Below, in pieces: positions 12,384 through 23,652 of a DNA stretch of 63,695 bases. The notes beneath the pieces were generated by a model. The model searched no databases. It had not been told where the DNA came from and worked only from the letters and a program-made list of their open reading frames with translations. The DNA is taken from contig NC_068981.1 of assembly GCF_001194135.2 (NCBI RefSeq), forward strand, positions 131,629,116-131,692,810, in the 5' to 3' direction. Each line of letters begins with the position of its first letter. Position 1 is the first letter of the stretch. The position numbers and the translations under genes were made by a program. The DNA comes from Octopus bimaculoides (Eukaryota).

Positions 12384-13138
12384 GAGGCATACCTCACCCT
12401 ACGTCATTAATCGGTTCCAGGAGACATGACTTAAGTCGAAAAATGACTTAATTCAAATTAACTTCACTCTAGGCTAGGCCAAATTTACTTGTCTCTAGGC
12501 TAAACCGATAATAACCATTCCCAGTTCTGTACTTTATTTATGAATGCATGTTCAATAATACAGGGTTAATAAAAACCTATTTTAAGCTTACAAACAAATA
12601 ATTTTTATTTTTTAATACAGTACAGTAAAAAAAAAAAGTAATCTAAATTATGAATACAATTTGGCGGTGTTTATTGTACATCGTGGATGCTTTATTTATG
12701 AATGCGGATTGCAATAAGACATGGTAAAATAACAACCTTTTTTTAAGCTTAAAAAACAAATTCAATACTTATTATTATTTTGCAATAGTAAAAAAAAAAA
12801 ACTAATTTATTTTAAATTTACCAATATCTACATACAATTTGGTGATTTCGTGATTTCATTCATTAAGCTACATTACTTTATGGTGTGTATCTTAACATTT
12901 ACTGTACATATTTTAATAAGATTTTATGTTTTTATTCTTATTTATTCTACAGCAACATGGTTTTATGTGCTTTTAATGGTTTTCTAGTGATTTTACAAGT
13001 CCAATATTGGTGGCTGACAGACATAAAGTCGAGTAAAATGACTTAACTTAATTTCTATTTTTCCCTATATCATTTTTGAAAGCCAATGTATAATCAAGAA
13101 AGACTTAAATCGAAACGATTTAAGCCAAGGTATGCCTG
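12384..13138. mobile_element. pogo/Tigger-like non-autonomous DNA transposon
   Basis: Inverted termini aggcatacct (12385-94) and aggtatgcct (13128-37). The right end reads CAGGCATACCT (Tigger-type) followed by TA. Subterminal acttaa(g/a)tcga motifs occur near both ends. Confidence 0.65.
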
Positions 13139-13146
13139 TATATATA

Positions 13147-14139
13147 TTGGGTCGTTCTATAAATAATGCGGTTTTTTTCAATTGCATGAGTTAAAAGTCA
13201 GAGGGGAACAGGATAAACTACCTGCATCAACTTGCTATAAAAGCAGGTAGTAATTTTATCTTGTCCTTATTCTTAGTGCAAGTTTTGAAGAGTGCAGTTC
13301 GATTTTAACAGTTATTTTTTCAAAGCTATAATGGAAGTGACAAAGGAGCATATTCGGCATATTTTGCTTTTATAAGTTCAATAAAGGCAACAATGCAACA
13401 GAAAGTGCAAGGAATGTTAATGCAGTATATGAGGATCGGACAATAAGCGTAAGCCAGTGTCAACAGTGGTTCCAGAAATTCCGAACCAGAAACTACAGCG
13501 TAGAAGACGAGTCTTGTCCAGGAAGATCTGTAGAGCTCGGCGAGGACGTCCTGCAAACCCTGGTGGAACAAAATATTATCATAACTGTTGAGGAACTAGT
13601 AGAGAAGCTTGGATTTGGTCATTCAANNNNNNNNNNCCTGGTGGAACAAAATATTATCATAACTGTTGAGGAACTAGTAGAGAAGCTTGGATTTGGTCAT
13701 TCAACCATTCATCGACACCTGCATGCAATTGGAAAAGTTAGCAAATTGGGTCAATGGGTTCCTCACAAACTTTCAGAGTCTAATCACATGCAGAGAGTGA
13801 ATGTGTGCTCTTCTTTGCTGTCACATCTCAAACGAACCTTCTTTGGACTGGTGATGAGAAATGGGTTCTCTATAAAAATGTTAAGCGCTGTAGACAGTGG
13901 GTAGGAAAAGGAGAAACACCAGCAACCTAGGTCTTCAGCCACGTAAGGTGTTGTTATCTGTTTGGTGGGATATGAAAGGTTTAGTCCACTTTGAACTTTT
14001 AAACCCAAATCAAATGATAACACAGGAGATCTACTGTAAGCAGCTTGAGTGGCTTAAGTCAACACTAGAAGAAAAACAACTATCTTTGGTTTCAAGATGA
14101 AAGGTGCTCTCCCATCAGGATAATGCTTGGCCACATACA
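13147..14139 (+). mobile_element. mariner element with transposase pseudogene (right part lost in an N-gap)
   Basis: TA|ttgggtcgttctataaataatgcgg left end. ATG at 13331 gives MEVTKEHIRHILL, then HTH region, WVPHKL, GDEKW and HQDNAWPH motifs, with several frameshifts and stops. Confidence 0.92.
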
Positions 14140-14633
14140 NNNNNNNNNNNNNNNNNNNNNNNNNNNNNNNNNNNNNNNNNNNNNNNNNNNNNNNNNNNNN
14201 NNNNNNNNNNNNNNNNNNNNNNNNNNNNNNNNNNNNNNNNNNNNNNNNNNNNNNNNNNNNNNNNNNNNNNNNNNNNNNNNNNNNNNNNNNNNNNNNNNNN
14301 NNNNNNNNNNNNNNNNNNNNNNNNNNNNNNNNNNNNNNNNNNNNNNNNNNNNNNNNNNNNNNNNNNNNNNNNNNNNNNNNNNNNNNNNNNNNNNNNNNNN
14401 NNNNNNNNNNNNNNNNNNNNNNNNNNNNNNNNNNNNNNNNNNNNNNNNNNNNNNNNNNNNNNNNNNNNNNATATATATATATAGATAGATAGATATAGAT
14501 AGATACACACATACACATACATATTTATACACAAACACATTAATACACACACACACACACATACATATTAATGCATATAGAAACATAAGTATTTAAGATA
14601 TAATGAAGGAAATGCCACATGTGGTCTACATAC

Positions 14634-14730
14634 ACTGAAGGTGCATGATCTTCAATATTGCTCTTTACACCACTATGACTTGGATGTTGATAATCTGCAA
14701 TGCACTGGCACACCTGTCGGATAACACGAA
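14634..14730 (-). CDS. VPS9D1: VPS9D1-like exon (VRVIRQVCQCIADYQHPSHSGVKSNIEDHAPS; phase 1 to 2)
   Basis: tttcag acceptor and gtatgt donor. Matches human VRTLRIICVCAEDY. 97 nt. Confidence 0.88.
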
Positions 14731-15133
14731 CTGAAAAACAAAACAGGAAGTAATCATCTAGAAACATTTCACTCTCTTTAATGATTTGTAGGGACACAGT
14801 ATTTCATTATGCAACCATAATATACTAAAAAGTATATTAACATTTTTTATAAGCCAATATCATGTACTACTGTGTTAGCAGTGCTATTACTTCATTTGTT
14901 CAAGTTATCTCTACAGATTCTCTATAGAAATTATAGCTGGCACCGATTTTGTAACAAAGTTTCATATCCGAGACACCTGATGTAAACAACAATATGCTCC
15001 TTCCTCAGCACCCATCAACTCATTCATTATCCATGAACTCATTTGCTTAAACAGCCACTAAATATAGCAGTGTAATGTTATTGGAGATACCAATTTTACA
15101 TATTAAACACATTCCTGGAAGCTGGTAGGTAAA

Positions 15134-15241
15134 TGTTAATGAATTCTAGGCACATGGTATTTCGTTATGCAACCATACTTTATACTTTGTAGTATATCAT
15201 GGTTGCATAACAAAATACCATGTGCCTAGAATTCATTAACA
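15134..15241. mobile_element. 108-bp hairpin MITE-like element (43-bp arms, 1 mismatch)
   Basis: 15134-15176 is the reverse complement of 15199-15241 at 42/43 positions. A degenerate partial relative lies at ~14790-14876. Confidence 0.75.
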
Positions 15242-15254
15242 GTTACAAATTCAA

Positions 15255-15699
15255 CGACTGGCACCCATGCCAATGTCATCTCCTTCATTGGACACATAGC
15301 TCAGCTTGCGAAGACCTGTTGGGGCAAGCGAAAGCGAAATTGTGATGGCACCTGTGCCCAGTGTCGCCTTCCTGGCACTTGTGCCGGTGGCATGTGTAAA
15401 GACATTCGAGCGAGATTGTTGCCAGTGCCGCTGGACTGGCTCCTGTGTGGGTGGCACGTAAAATACACCATTTTGAGCATGGCCATTGCCAGTACCGCCT
15501 GACTGGCCTTTGTGCCGGTGGCACGTAAAAGCACCCACTACACTCTCTGAGTGGTTGGCATTAGGAAGGGCATCCAGCTGTAGAAACTCTGCCAAATCAG
15601 ATTGGAGCTTAGTATAGCCATCTGGTTCACCAGTCCTCAGTCAAATCGTCCAACCCATGCAAGCATGGAAAGCGGACGTTAAACGATGATGATGATGAT
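15255..15699 (+). mobile_element. RTE LINE 3' end with (ATG)n tail
   Basis: Near-consensus match to the other RTE 3' ends in the window. Confidence 0.92.
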
Positions 15700-15934
15700 T
15701 ACCTACCAGCTTCCAAGAATGTGTTTAATATGTAAAATTGGTAAATTCAATACCATTACACCACTTTACTTAGTGGCTGTTTAAGCAAATGAGTTCATGG
15801 ATAATGAATGGGTTGGATGGGTGCTGATAAACAAGCAAAAATTCCTGAAACATGTCAAATATGCCCATTACCCATTTTTCATCATTGATCTCATTGTTTG
15901 TTTACATCAGGTGTCTCAGATCCGAAACTTTGTA

Positions 15935-16495
15935 ACATGGGAGCCAGTCAGCGGGCACTGGCCACAGCTATGATATTGGTTTTACTTGACTCAACAGGTC
16001 TTCTCAAGCATATCATATCGCCCGACACATCAGGAGTACCCTTAACTAGACCAGATATGCGTGGCTGCGATTTCACTTTAGTTGCCGGGTCTTCTCAATC
16101 ACAGCATATCTCCAAAGGCCTCTGTGAGGCCCAATGTTCGAAGGTCATGCTTCACCACCTCATCCCATGTCTTTCAGGGTCTACCTCTTCCACAGGTTCC
16201 TTCTACTGTTAGGGAGTGGCACTTCCTCATGCAACTGTCCTCATCCATATGTAACACATGACCAGACCAATGCAGTTGTCTCTCTTGCACACCACATTTG
16301 ATGCTTTTTATGTCCAACAGTTCTCTCAAGACACTTACACTGTCGTGTATGCACACTGACATTACCCATCCAGTGGATCATACTAGCTTCATTTCTTTCA
16401 AGCCTACGCGTGTCCTCAGCACTCATGGCCCATGTTTCATTGTCGTGTAGCATGGCAGTTCACAAACATGCATCATACAGTCTACCTTTCATTCT
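15935..16495 (-). mobile_element. RTE LINE ORF2 C-terminal fragment
   Basis: MLHDNETWAMSAEDTRRLERNEASM and TVEGTCGRGRP motifs; frameshifted. Confidence 0.88.
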
Positions 16496-16621
16496 TGTTT
16501 GATGACTGCTAATAAGTGATATTCAATAACTAATTCAACAGCTTGGTCTTCAATTTTGCGATGGCACAACATACACTATTTCAAAATTCATAAACTTAAA
16601 ACCTGCTTTGCAATTACTTAC

Positions 16622-16824
16622 CTAAGCATTCCATTTTCATTAAGGGTGTTGTCAAATCTTTCACTGATCTCAACTCTTCAACTGCAGACTGATAAGGAAA
16701 CTGACCAGAAGTGGAAGACTGTTCAAGACAAAGATTTGGTGCCACATCAACATCTTGTGGCATTACATTCTGATAGTCAGTCATTACCTGAGCTGCTTTA
16801 TATTCTTCATCTCTATGAACAATT
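16622..16824 (-). CDS. VPS9D1: VPS9D1-like exon (IVHRDEEYKAAQVMTDY...PYQSAVEELRSVKDLTTPLMKMECL; phase 2 to 1), start of VPS9 domain
   Basis: tttcag acceptor and gtaagt donor. Matches human SVHRAREAAL...[25 protein letters not shown]. 203 nt. Confidence 0.93.
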
Positions 16825-17049
16825 CTGAAATACAATGTATATTGTCAGTATTAATTTTCAAATTAAACCTAATGTTTAACTTCTAGATAAAAAGGTTAAT
16901 TACTGAAAAAGTGAATACAGACACAGTAATGTGAAAATAAGATTATTTTTCTCACTAAACAGTGAAAAGATGAGAAAACATTAAGAACTTTAATTTTTTT
17001 CTTAATAGTTTTACATTTATCTTCACATTTTTTCTTCTGCTACCTAAAC

Positions 17050-17330
17050 AAGTACAATGGGAGAGTTGTGTCTGTCTTTTTGCATTAGATTTCATATAAT
17101 TTATATCTTGGTGGCCCATATGTAATTGTTTTAAAACTAGATATCGTAATTTTTGAGAAATAACAACTCTCTCACCAAACATGAGACAATCATTCATGGA
17201 TGATAAAGCACGGGAAAAACTGTTTCTGATCTTCTGAATGGACTTTTCTAGGCCAGCTTGTTCATTGATATCTACAAACTAACTGCAAGGTAGAATTATT
17301 TAGCAGCTCTCAATTTTGGCCTACGCTCCT
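17050..17330 (-). mobile_element. Ty3/Gypsy-type pol remnant (integrase N-terminal H2C2 region)
   Basis: LSSMNDCLMFGERVVISQKLRYLVLKQLHMGHQDINYMKSNA resembles the LS..DGCL..G.RVVIP..L...VL..LH.GH.G...MK..A segment of Gypsy polyproteins. Heavily degraded. Confidence 0.6.
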
Positions 17331-17875
17331 ATCCTGGACGCTCGATAATTGACCAGCTCTGATTTTGCTGGAGTTCTGTGAAGAATACCTTCACAAAGTA
17401 TTATTAACTCCAACATTGCTGTTTCTATACCTGACCTGACCACTGAATAAAAGATTGTTTTATATTCAGATGCTTCCTTGTTCTGCTAATTTTCCTCAAA
17501 CATTGATGTAAAGAAATTGTGTAGCACCCACTCAGTGCAAAATACACAAATGAAAATTTCCTACACTCTTATATATGCAAAAATGAGTTACAAATTCTTT
17601 CTACACTAGAAAAATCTAGTGGGATATATTTTATTAGTCTAGTACTTGAAGCCAAATTACAAATACAGTGTAGACACAAAGGGATAGGTACAAGCAATAG
17701 GATCACTGTATAATGAATAGTTGCTTTAATTATTACAGGTCTACAGAAAGTAACCCACTTCAAAGTATCCTTCCTTGATCACCCTCTCAATGAGTCATAT
17801 ACACGAATACTAGGAGTCACCTATCTTTTGTTGTTTTTTTTACACCTTTTTTATGTTGTTCATATGATATTCTAA

Positions 17876-18094
17876 CACTTTAGCATTTAATCCAGCCATA
17901 TCCATCCCAAATATTCTACCCATTTCATGTTTAAACTGGCTAGATGTGGCTTCTTACACCTACCCTACAATGCCATTCTAAAAATAAACAATCACATCAT
18001 TGAAATCTTGAAGCTGGAAGATAATGCATGATTAATTCAAAACAATGTGAAGAAATAAGCAATTAATTTGGCAGAATAATCTGAATGCTAAAGG
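17876..18094. mobile_element. piggyBac-type MITE (~220 bp)
   Basis: Termini resemble CCCTTTAGCATT...AATGCTAAAG(G)G with TTAA on the right. Same family at 44927, 50655 and 55436. Confidence 0.7.
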
Positions 18095-18261
18095 TTAATG
18101 AAGTTTAGATGTATGTATTTTATGAGAGGTGTACATTGAATACTATGTTCTACATGTAAGAAGAGTTTGAATGCATATCTTCTAACTCCCGATTAATATA
18201 AATGGAAAACAAATAAACTGCAAAAATCATAAACTTAGTGAATAAATTGGAAACATCTTAC

Positions 18262-19092
18262 CTGAAGAGTAGCAATAAATGAGGCCAAATTGGTTTGAAA
18301 AACATCTCTTCAATACAAGCATAAATTTGGTCTCGGCCTTCACCAGAATCTAGTTCTTCATAACAGACAATAAACATCTTCATTATCTTTTCATTGTAAA
18401 GTAATATATCTTTACTGATGTTATGTAAATGCCTTTGATATGCTTCATCGGTTAGTTTCAAGATATAGACAGATTCATCTATTACTTCACTGCTTGAGTA
18501 AGACTTCAATAAACTACTTTCATCAAATGAACTTGAACCCATATCATCAGATTCCTCATCTTTTGATGTTTCTGTAAACTGTGCCGGATTTACAGCTTTT
18601 AGTTTCACTTTGTTCAGCATCTTCTGTTCTTGAATTAGATTTTCTTGCATTTCATCGGATACTTCAAGAGCAGTAAGAAGTTGTTCTTTATTTGAAATGA
18701 TTATATCTTCCAGCGTATCATCCTCCATATCCTTCATATAAGTTGAATCTGTTATATTGTCTTCTACTTTCTTATCTTCTGAAAATGGTTCATTGGACTG
18801 CTTTCCAGCTTCTTGCTCATTTCTATCACATGCTGTTCTATTTTCCTGAACTCCAGAGTCATCGTTACTGGAAGTATCCTCCAATGATGGTGTTTGCTTT
18901 GTAAAGGCAAGTTCACCAGTAGATTTTGAACTATCACCTTCCAGTTGTAAACCAGATGTGTTTTTATGGACATTCAATGGAACCTTTATTTGGCTCACTT
19001 CAAATGATCGTGACTGAGTGAGTCGTAAGAGATTTCGTAAAACCTTTTGTTGATACTTGTTCAGCAGCGCTGTCAGAGGGTGATCCACACAT
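18262..19092 (-). CDS. VPS9D1: VPS9D1-like large exon (CVDHPLTALLNKYQQKV...acidic linker...YACIEEMFFKPIWPHLLLLFR; phase 2 to 2)
   Basis: 831-nt open exon with ctacag acceptor and gtaaga donor. DHPLTALL and ACIEEMFFKPIWPHLLLLFR match human DHPIAQLL and [20 protein letters not shown]. Confidence 0.95.
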
Positions 19093-19116
19093 CTGTAGTT
19101 TATAAGAAGGGAATTA

Positions 19117-19360
19117 ATAGAGATAATCAGGTAAAAAAAGGTTAATCTTGGAAATGAAGAAAACCATGTAATTAGAATTGGTGATGCAACAATGTCAATC
19201 TACGGAGACAAATATTCTAGCAAGTTGTTTTGCAGGGTCTTGAAGAGTGAAGATATCCACCATGAAATACCGAGAAAGAGACCCATCATACATATGTATG
19301 TGAGTGCACGTGTGTGTGTGTGCGTGTGTGTGTGTGCATGTGTGTGTGTGTGTGTGTGTG

Positions 19361-19392
<32 letters not shown>

Positions 19393-19609
19393 TCTCTCTC
19401 TCCTTGCCTTGACATCACTGAAGGTTTTCTCTGAGTAATTGCCCTCTTTATGCTCAACACTGTAGAAAGCACTGGGGGACTGAACCACTGACACATGCCA
19501 AACTTAGCCCTTTTATTCACCTTTCATATATAGAGATAATCAGGTAAAAAAGGTTAATCTTGGAAATGAAGAAAACCATGTAATTAGAATTAGTGATGCA
19601 ACAATGTCA
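19117..19609. repeat. ~80-bp direct repeat (19117-19197 / 19530-19609) bracketing ~330 bp of microsatellite/SINE-like DNA
   Basis: The copies differ only in an A-run length and one substitution. Confidence 0.85.
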
Positions 19610-19904
19610 CTAATTCTAAGAGCAGGACTTTTTAATTTATATTCCACCCTACTGTCAGTGATATTAGAAGACAATGATGAGTTTTATTTAGTCAGTGGTG
19701 GGTGAGAAATTAATTGCATCTTTCACACTGTCACCAGCCATCAGAATTAGGAAAACTGTTTGAGCATCTTTGGAACTTCACAATGAATTTGATTGTCAGC
19801 TGGATCTGTCCCATGTAGATTAATATCTACAGTTCCCCCCAGCTTTATAACAACAAAATACATAACATATCCTGATAAAAAATATGCACCATAGTAAAAT
19901 AAAT

Positions 19905-20180
19905 TTGAGTAGATTTGATAGTAAAAACTGAAAGAAACCCGTCGTGTGCGTGTGTATGTGTGTGTGTGTTGACATCACTTGAAGCATCACTATCATACAA
20001 TGTTGTTTGTTTCTAGTCTTCTGTAAAAAACATGTCTGGCCATGGGGGAAATATCTTTCTTGGAAACAGGTGAGGGTTGGCAACAGGAAGGGCATCTGGC
20101 TGTAAAAATTCTACTTCTATAAATTCCATCTGATTCATGTAAGCATGCAACGGTGGACATTAAATGATGGTGATGAGTCC
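19905..20180 (+). mobile_element. SINE family E (SINE-A-like 5' half, microsatellite, RTE-type 3' tail)
   Basis: actgaaagaaacccgtcg-(TG)n-gacatcac...ggaagggcatctggctgta...attaaatgatg. Other copies at ~11690-11810, ~39810-40140, ~44350-44520, and reverse at ~2010-2120 and ~43200-43330. Confidence 0.7.
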
Positions 20181-20570
20181 CTTCCATCTTTACAACAACC
20201 AAATAAATAATGTATCTTGTTACTAAATATACACCTTAGCAAAATAAATTATAAAAACAACTAAATTTGCAGAACCATCCAACCCAGCTATAACATAAGA
20301 CAGTTACAAAATGTTCTAGATCAACCCAACTCTGAGATGGAAAACAAGAATTCAAAACATTAGCTTTTCATTCTACAAAGCAAATTAATTCACAAAACTC
20401 TTGTACAAACTTTTCCCTATATATTACTTCATATTAATGCAGAGGATCACCAGATTCCTAAGATTCTGGATCTGACAATATCAAATGTTAGTGTACTACT
20501 ACTAATAGATGGCATATTACACAGCAGTATAATACTACTACTACTAGATGATATATTACACTACTATGCT

Positions 20571-20775
20571 AAGGCAGTGAGCTGATAGAATTGTTAGCAT
20601 GCTGGACAAAATGCTTAGAGCATTTTGTCTATCTTTACATTCTGAGTTCAAATTCCACCAAAGTTAACTGCCTTTCATCTTTTTGGGGTCAATAATATTG
20701 AGCACTAGGGTCAATATAATCAACTAACCCCTACCCCAAAATTTCAGGCCTTGTGGCTATAATAGAAAAGATATC
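20571..20775 (+). mobile_element. SINE family C (short tRNA-like head; gcctttcatcctttcggggtcgataaa core that I recall as the Meta-domain)
   Basis: Copies at ~31700-31860, 33901-34115, 34762-34980, 40465-40680 and 54015-54227 (+), and ~22060-22180, 40750-40885 and 49505-49690 (-). MetaSINE assignment is from memory and unverified. Confidence 0.75.
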
Positions 20776-21727
20776 ATACCACTATGCTACAGTGTATTCA
20801 TTGTGGGTGGGGTAGGACAATGGAGTTGATAGAATGAAATAGTTCTGGTAAGATACTGATGGGGTACATAATGTATGGACATTGATGGAGTGGAATAGGG
20901 TGCTGATGATTGGTGTGATAGTTTAGGTCAGTGTTTCTTATGGGTGGGGACTACAAGAACTGAAAAAGGGGAGGATAAAAGGGAATAGACAATTATATAT
21001 TGTACTTCGAACTTTATAATCTTGTCCAACTCCACAGCAAAGAAAGAACTATATAGATGCAAACTCAATTTTGTTTTCTCAATAATAAAGAGCACAGAAA
21101 AACTTCGCTAATGTTCTTTGTCAGAGTTTTAGGGTCTGCTATTTGTCAGTAAAAGAACTACTGGGTTAGGTTGAAGCATTAATAGGGTGAAGTAGGAGTC
21201 ATGATATTGACATGGGTAGATAGGTCTGTGGTAGTGATGATGGGTGGGGGGTAGCTCTTCAATATTGGGTGGTTGAGGACTATTGATTGAATGTAATCCA
21301 AATATTATGATGTAATCTACATAATGGTTTGTAAAAATTAGTTGAGACAGGAAAACCCTAATCCCAGTTTCTGTTGATATTAAACAGTTTGAGAAACATC
21401 TCTCTCCATTCTGTTTTTTCATAGATTTCACCCAGAGAAGCATCTTAAGTCAAAACTACTGAATTTTACAGAGCACCTACGAAAAAAGAGTGATGAACTG
21501 TACCTCCCAACAGCACTTATATAGATAGAGCTAACTGGGCTGAGTCATTAAGGGTTAAGTGTCTCACACAGTGTAACACCAGTGATGCTATCTGAACCCT
21601 TGGACCCCTGATCAGCACACTATCAACTCATCCAACTGTAGCTCTCTCACAATAGTACAAACTTTAAAACTACCAATAGGGAAAAAATCACAAAGTTTAT
21701 GGAAAAAGTTATTGAGTGAGGACTCAC

Positions 21728-21813
21728 CGAAATATACTTTGGATTGAATATTTTATAACCTCAGGGTTTTTCGGATCCTGTGATACTTTCTGTCTTATAT
21801 TTTGAAGCCATTT
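21728..21813 (-). CDS. VPS9D1: VPS9D1-like exon (KWLQNIRQKVSQDPKNPEVIKYSIQSIF; phase 0 to 2)
   Basis: tttaag acceptor and gtgagt donor. Aligns to human [28 protein letters not shown]. 86 nt, in phase on both sides. Confidence 0.82.
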
Positions 21814-22623
21814 CTTAAATTAAAACAAAAATAAAATACTATTATAGCCATTTATTGTTAAAAGTGACACTCATTTATTTCGAAGTATTATTTCATCAAA
21901 AGTACAGTGTACTTAAGACAAGAGACTCCTAGGAACCAGTCAAAAAATTCAAGACTTTATCGTCTGCCAACAGAACAGCACTACATTATGTGTGCAACAA
22001 AGATGCTCAATGGAGGAAGAAAAAAGTCAATTATATCAACCCAGTATTTGACTTGTATTATATTTTATCAACTCTGGAAAGATGAGAGATAAAGTTGACC
22101 TCATCAGATTTGACATCAGAATGCAAAGAGTCAAAACCACAATGCTGCAAGGCATTTTCCCAGTACTCTGAAGATTCTGCCAATCCATAACGTTTCCTCA
22201 TTAAATAATAGCCAAGGAACAGTCCTTTGCCAAATGCTTCTTCTTCAAAACTGTCCATTTATGTATCCCTTCTTATCACTAACCTGCAACAACAGAACAC
22301 CTAAACCATACTAACCTCAACCATTTATCCATAAGGGGCTTTGTTAAAATCAGTTATATCCATGTTACCTTGAGTAACAGAAAAAGCCCTAAGTCACATA
22401 GCAATACACAAGTATCATCATATTGATATATATGTGAATAGGTCAAGATATCTTAGCATGAAGCTATCTAATATCCATCATGAAAGCACAGGATATCTAA
22501 CATCAAGATGCTTAGTATCTCTTACAAATGCCAAGGGGCTAAATTAAAATTAAATACAAGGTATGAATGAAAACAAAAAACAACAAAACTGAAAATAGTT
22601 CTGAAAATTAAAGACATCCTCAC

Positions 22624-22711
22624 CACATCCATCTCATAATCTAATGTCTTTTTAAAGATTTGTTTGCGATTTTCTTGTTCTTTAGAAAGTTTTGTGGGTA
22701 AGGAAAAACGG
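22624..22711 (-). CDS. VPS9D1: VPS9D1-like exon (RFSLPTKLSKEQENRKQIFKKTLDYEMDV; phase 2 to 0)
   Basis: ttgcag acceptor and gtgagg donor. Matches human [28 protein letters not shown]. 88 nt. Confidence 0.88.
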
Positions 22712-23307
22712 CTGCAAAAATACAGAAAAATTAACATTCATTCAGTGAACAAGGTTTATATATATATTTGTAGTTAAGAGGTTTGCAGAAATTTACAAAA
22801 TTACAGAATAACTCTTCTATCTTAGTCAAAGCAACAGAAGACAAAAAGTCATTGAAAATAAAATCAAATATATTAAATATTTAATTCAACACTATCATTT
22901 CCTGCATAGCAAGTAGGTTTTTATCAACAAAGGACATAGTACGTACAACATTTCACAAAACAGATAGAAAACAAATCACATATAACAGACAGCACAGTGA
23001 AAACAAGACAAAAAACACATAGTACAGATGAGAACAGAGACAACCCTAAACTTACAACAAACTCAATCTACAATATTCATATTCTGTTATTAACAAATTT
23101 GCCGAGTTTTATGATGCGGTGGCAAATTGTTATCAGTATTTTAGCTTCAACTCCAGGTCCAAAAACATCATTTACATCATTAACCCTTTCACTGCAGAAA
23201 TCAGATATATCCACTCAAAATTTCATTATCTTTAACTGCAGAAAGCAGTTTTATAAACTAATCTATCTTTTGTAGAGAAATGTCATGCTTGAAACTATTT
23301 TTTTGTT

Positions 23308-23470
23308 GAGCATGGCTGTGTGGTAAGAAGCTTGCTTCCCAACCACATGGTTCCAGGTTCAGTCCTACTGCATGGCACCTTGGGCAAGTGTCTTTTACTA
23401 TAGCCTCAGGCCGACCAAAGCCTTGTGAGTGGATTTGGTAGATGGAAACTGAAAGAATCTCATCATATAT
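23308..23470 (+). mobile_element. SINE family A, 5' half
   Basis: ggctgtgtggtaagaagcttgc...ggttcagtcc...ccttgggcaag head, as in the reverse copy at 51729-52136. Confidence 0.85.
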
Positions 23471-23652
23471 ATGTTCACAAACTGAGGAAAAGAGATCCTT
23501 CAAAGGGGTGTGTTAAACATCCAATTCACTGGTACGTCAGTTGAATACCATATAAATATGGGCATAATCCAATTACAAAGATAAATTAAATAGAGAGGTA
23601 CTATTGACAATCCAATAATTTATTTATATTATATTACATGATATACTGTGAA

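Noticed and set aside
13559-13704. 68-bp direct duplication inside the mariner transposase
   Set aside because: Identical copies sit on either side of a 10-N gap (13627-13636), the signature of an unmerged contig overlap.
22058-22258. 66-aa minus-strand ORF between two VPS9D1 exons
   Set aside because: It overlaps a decayed SINE-C, and the flanking exons already join in phase.
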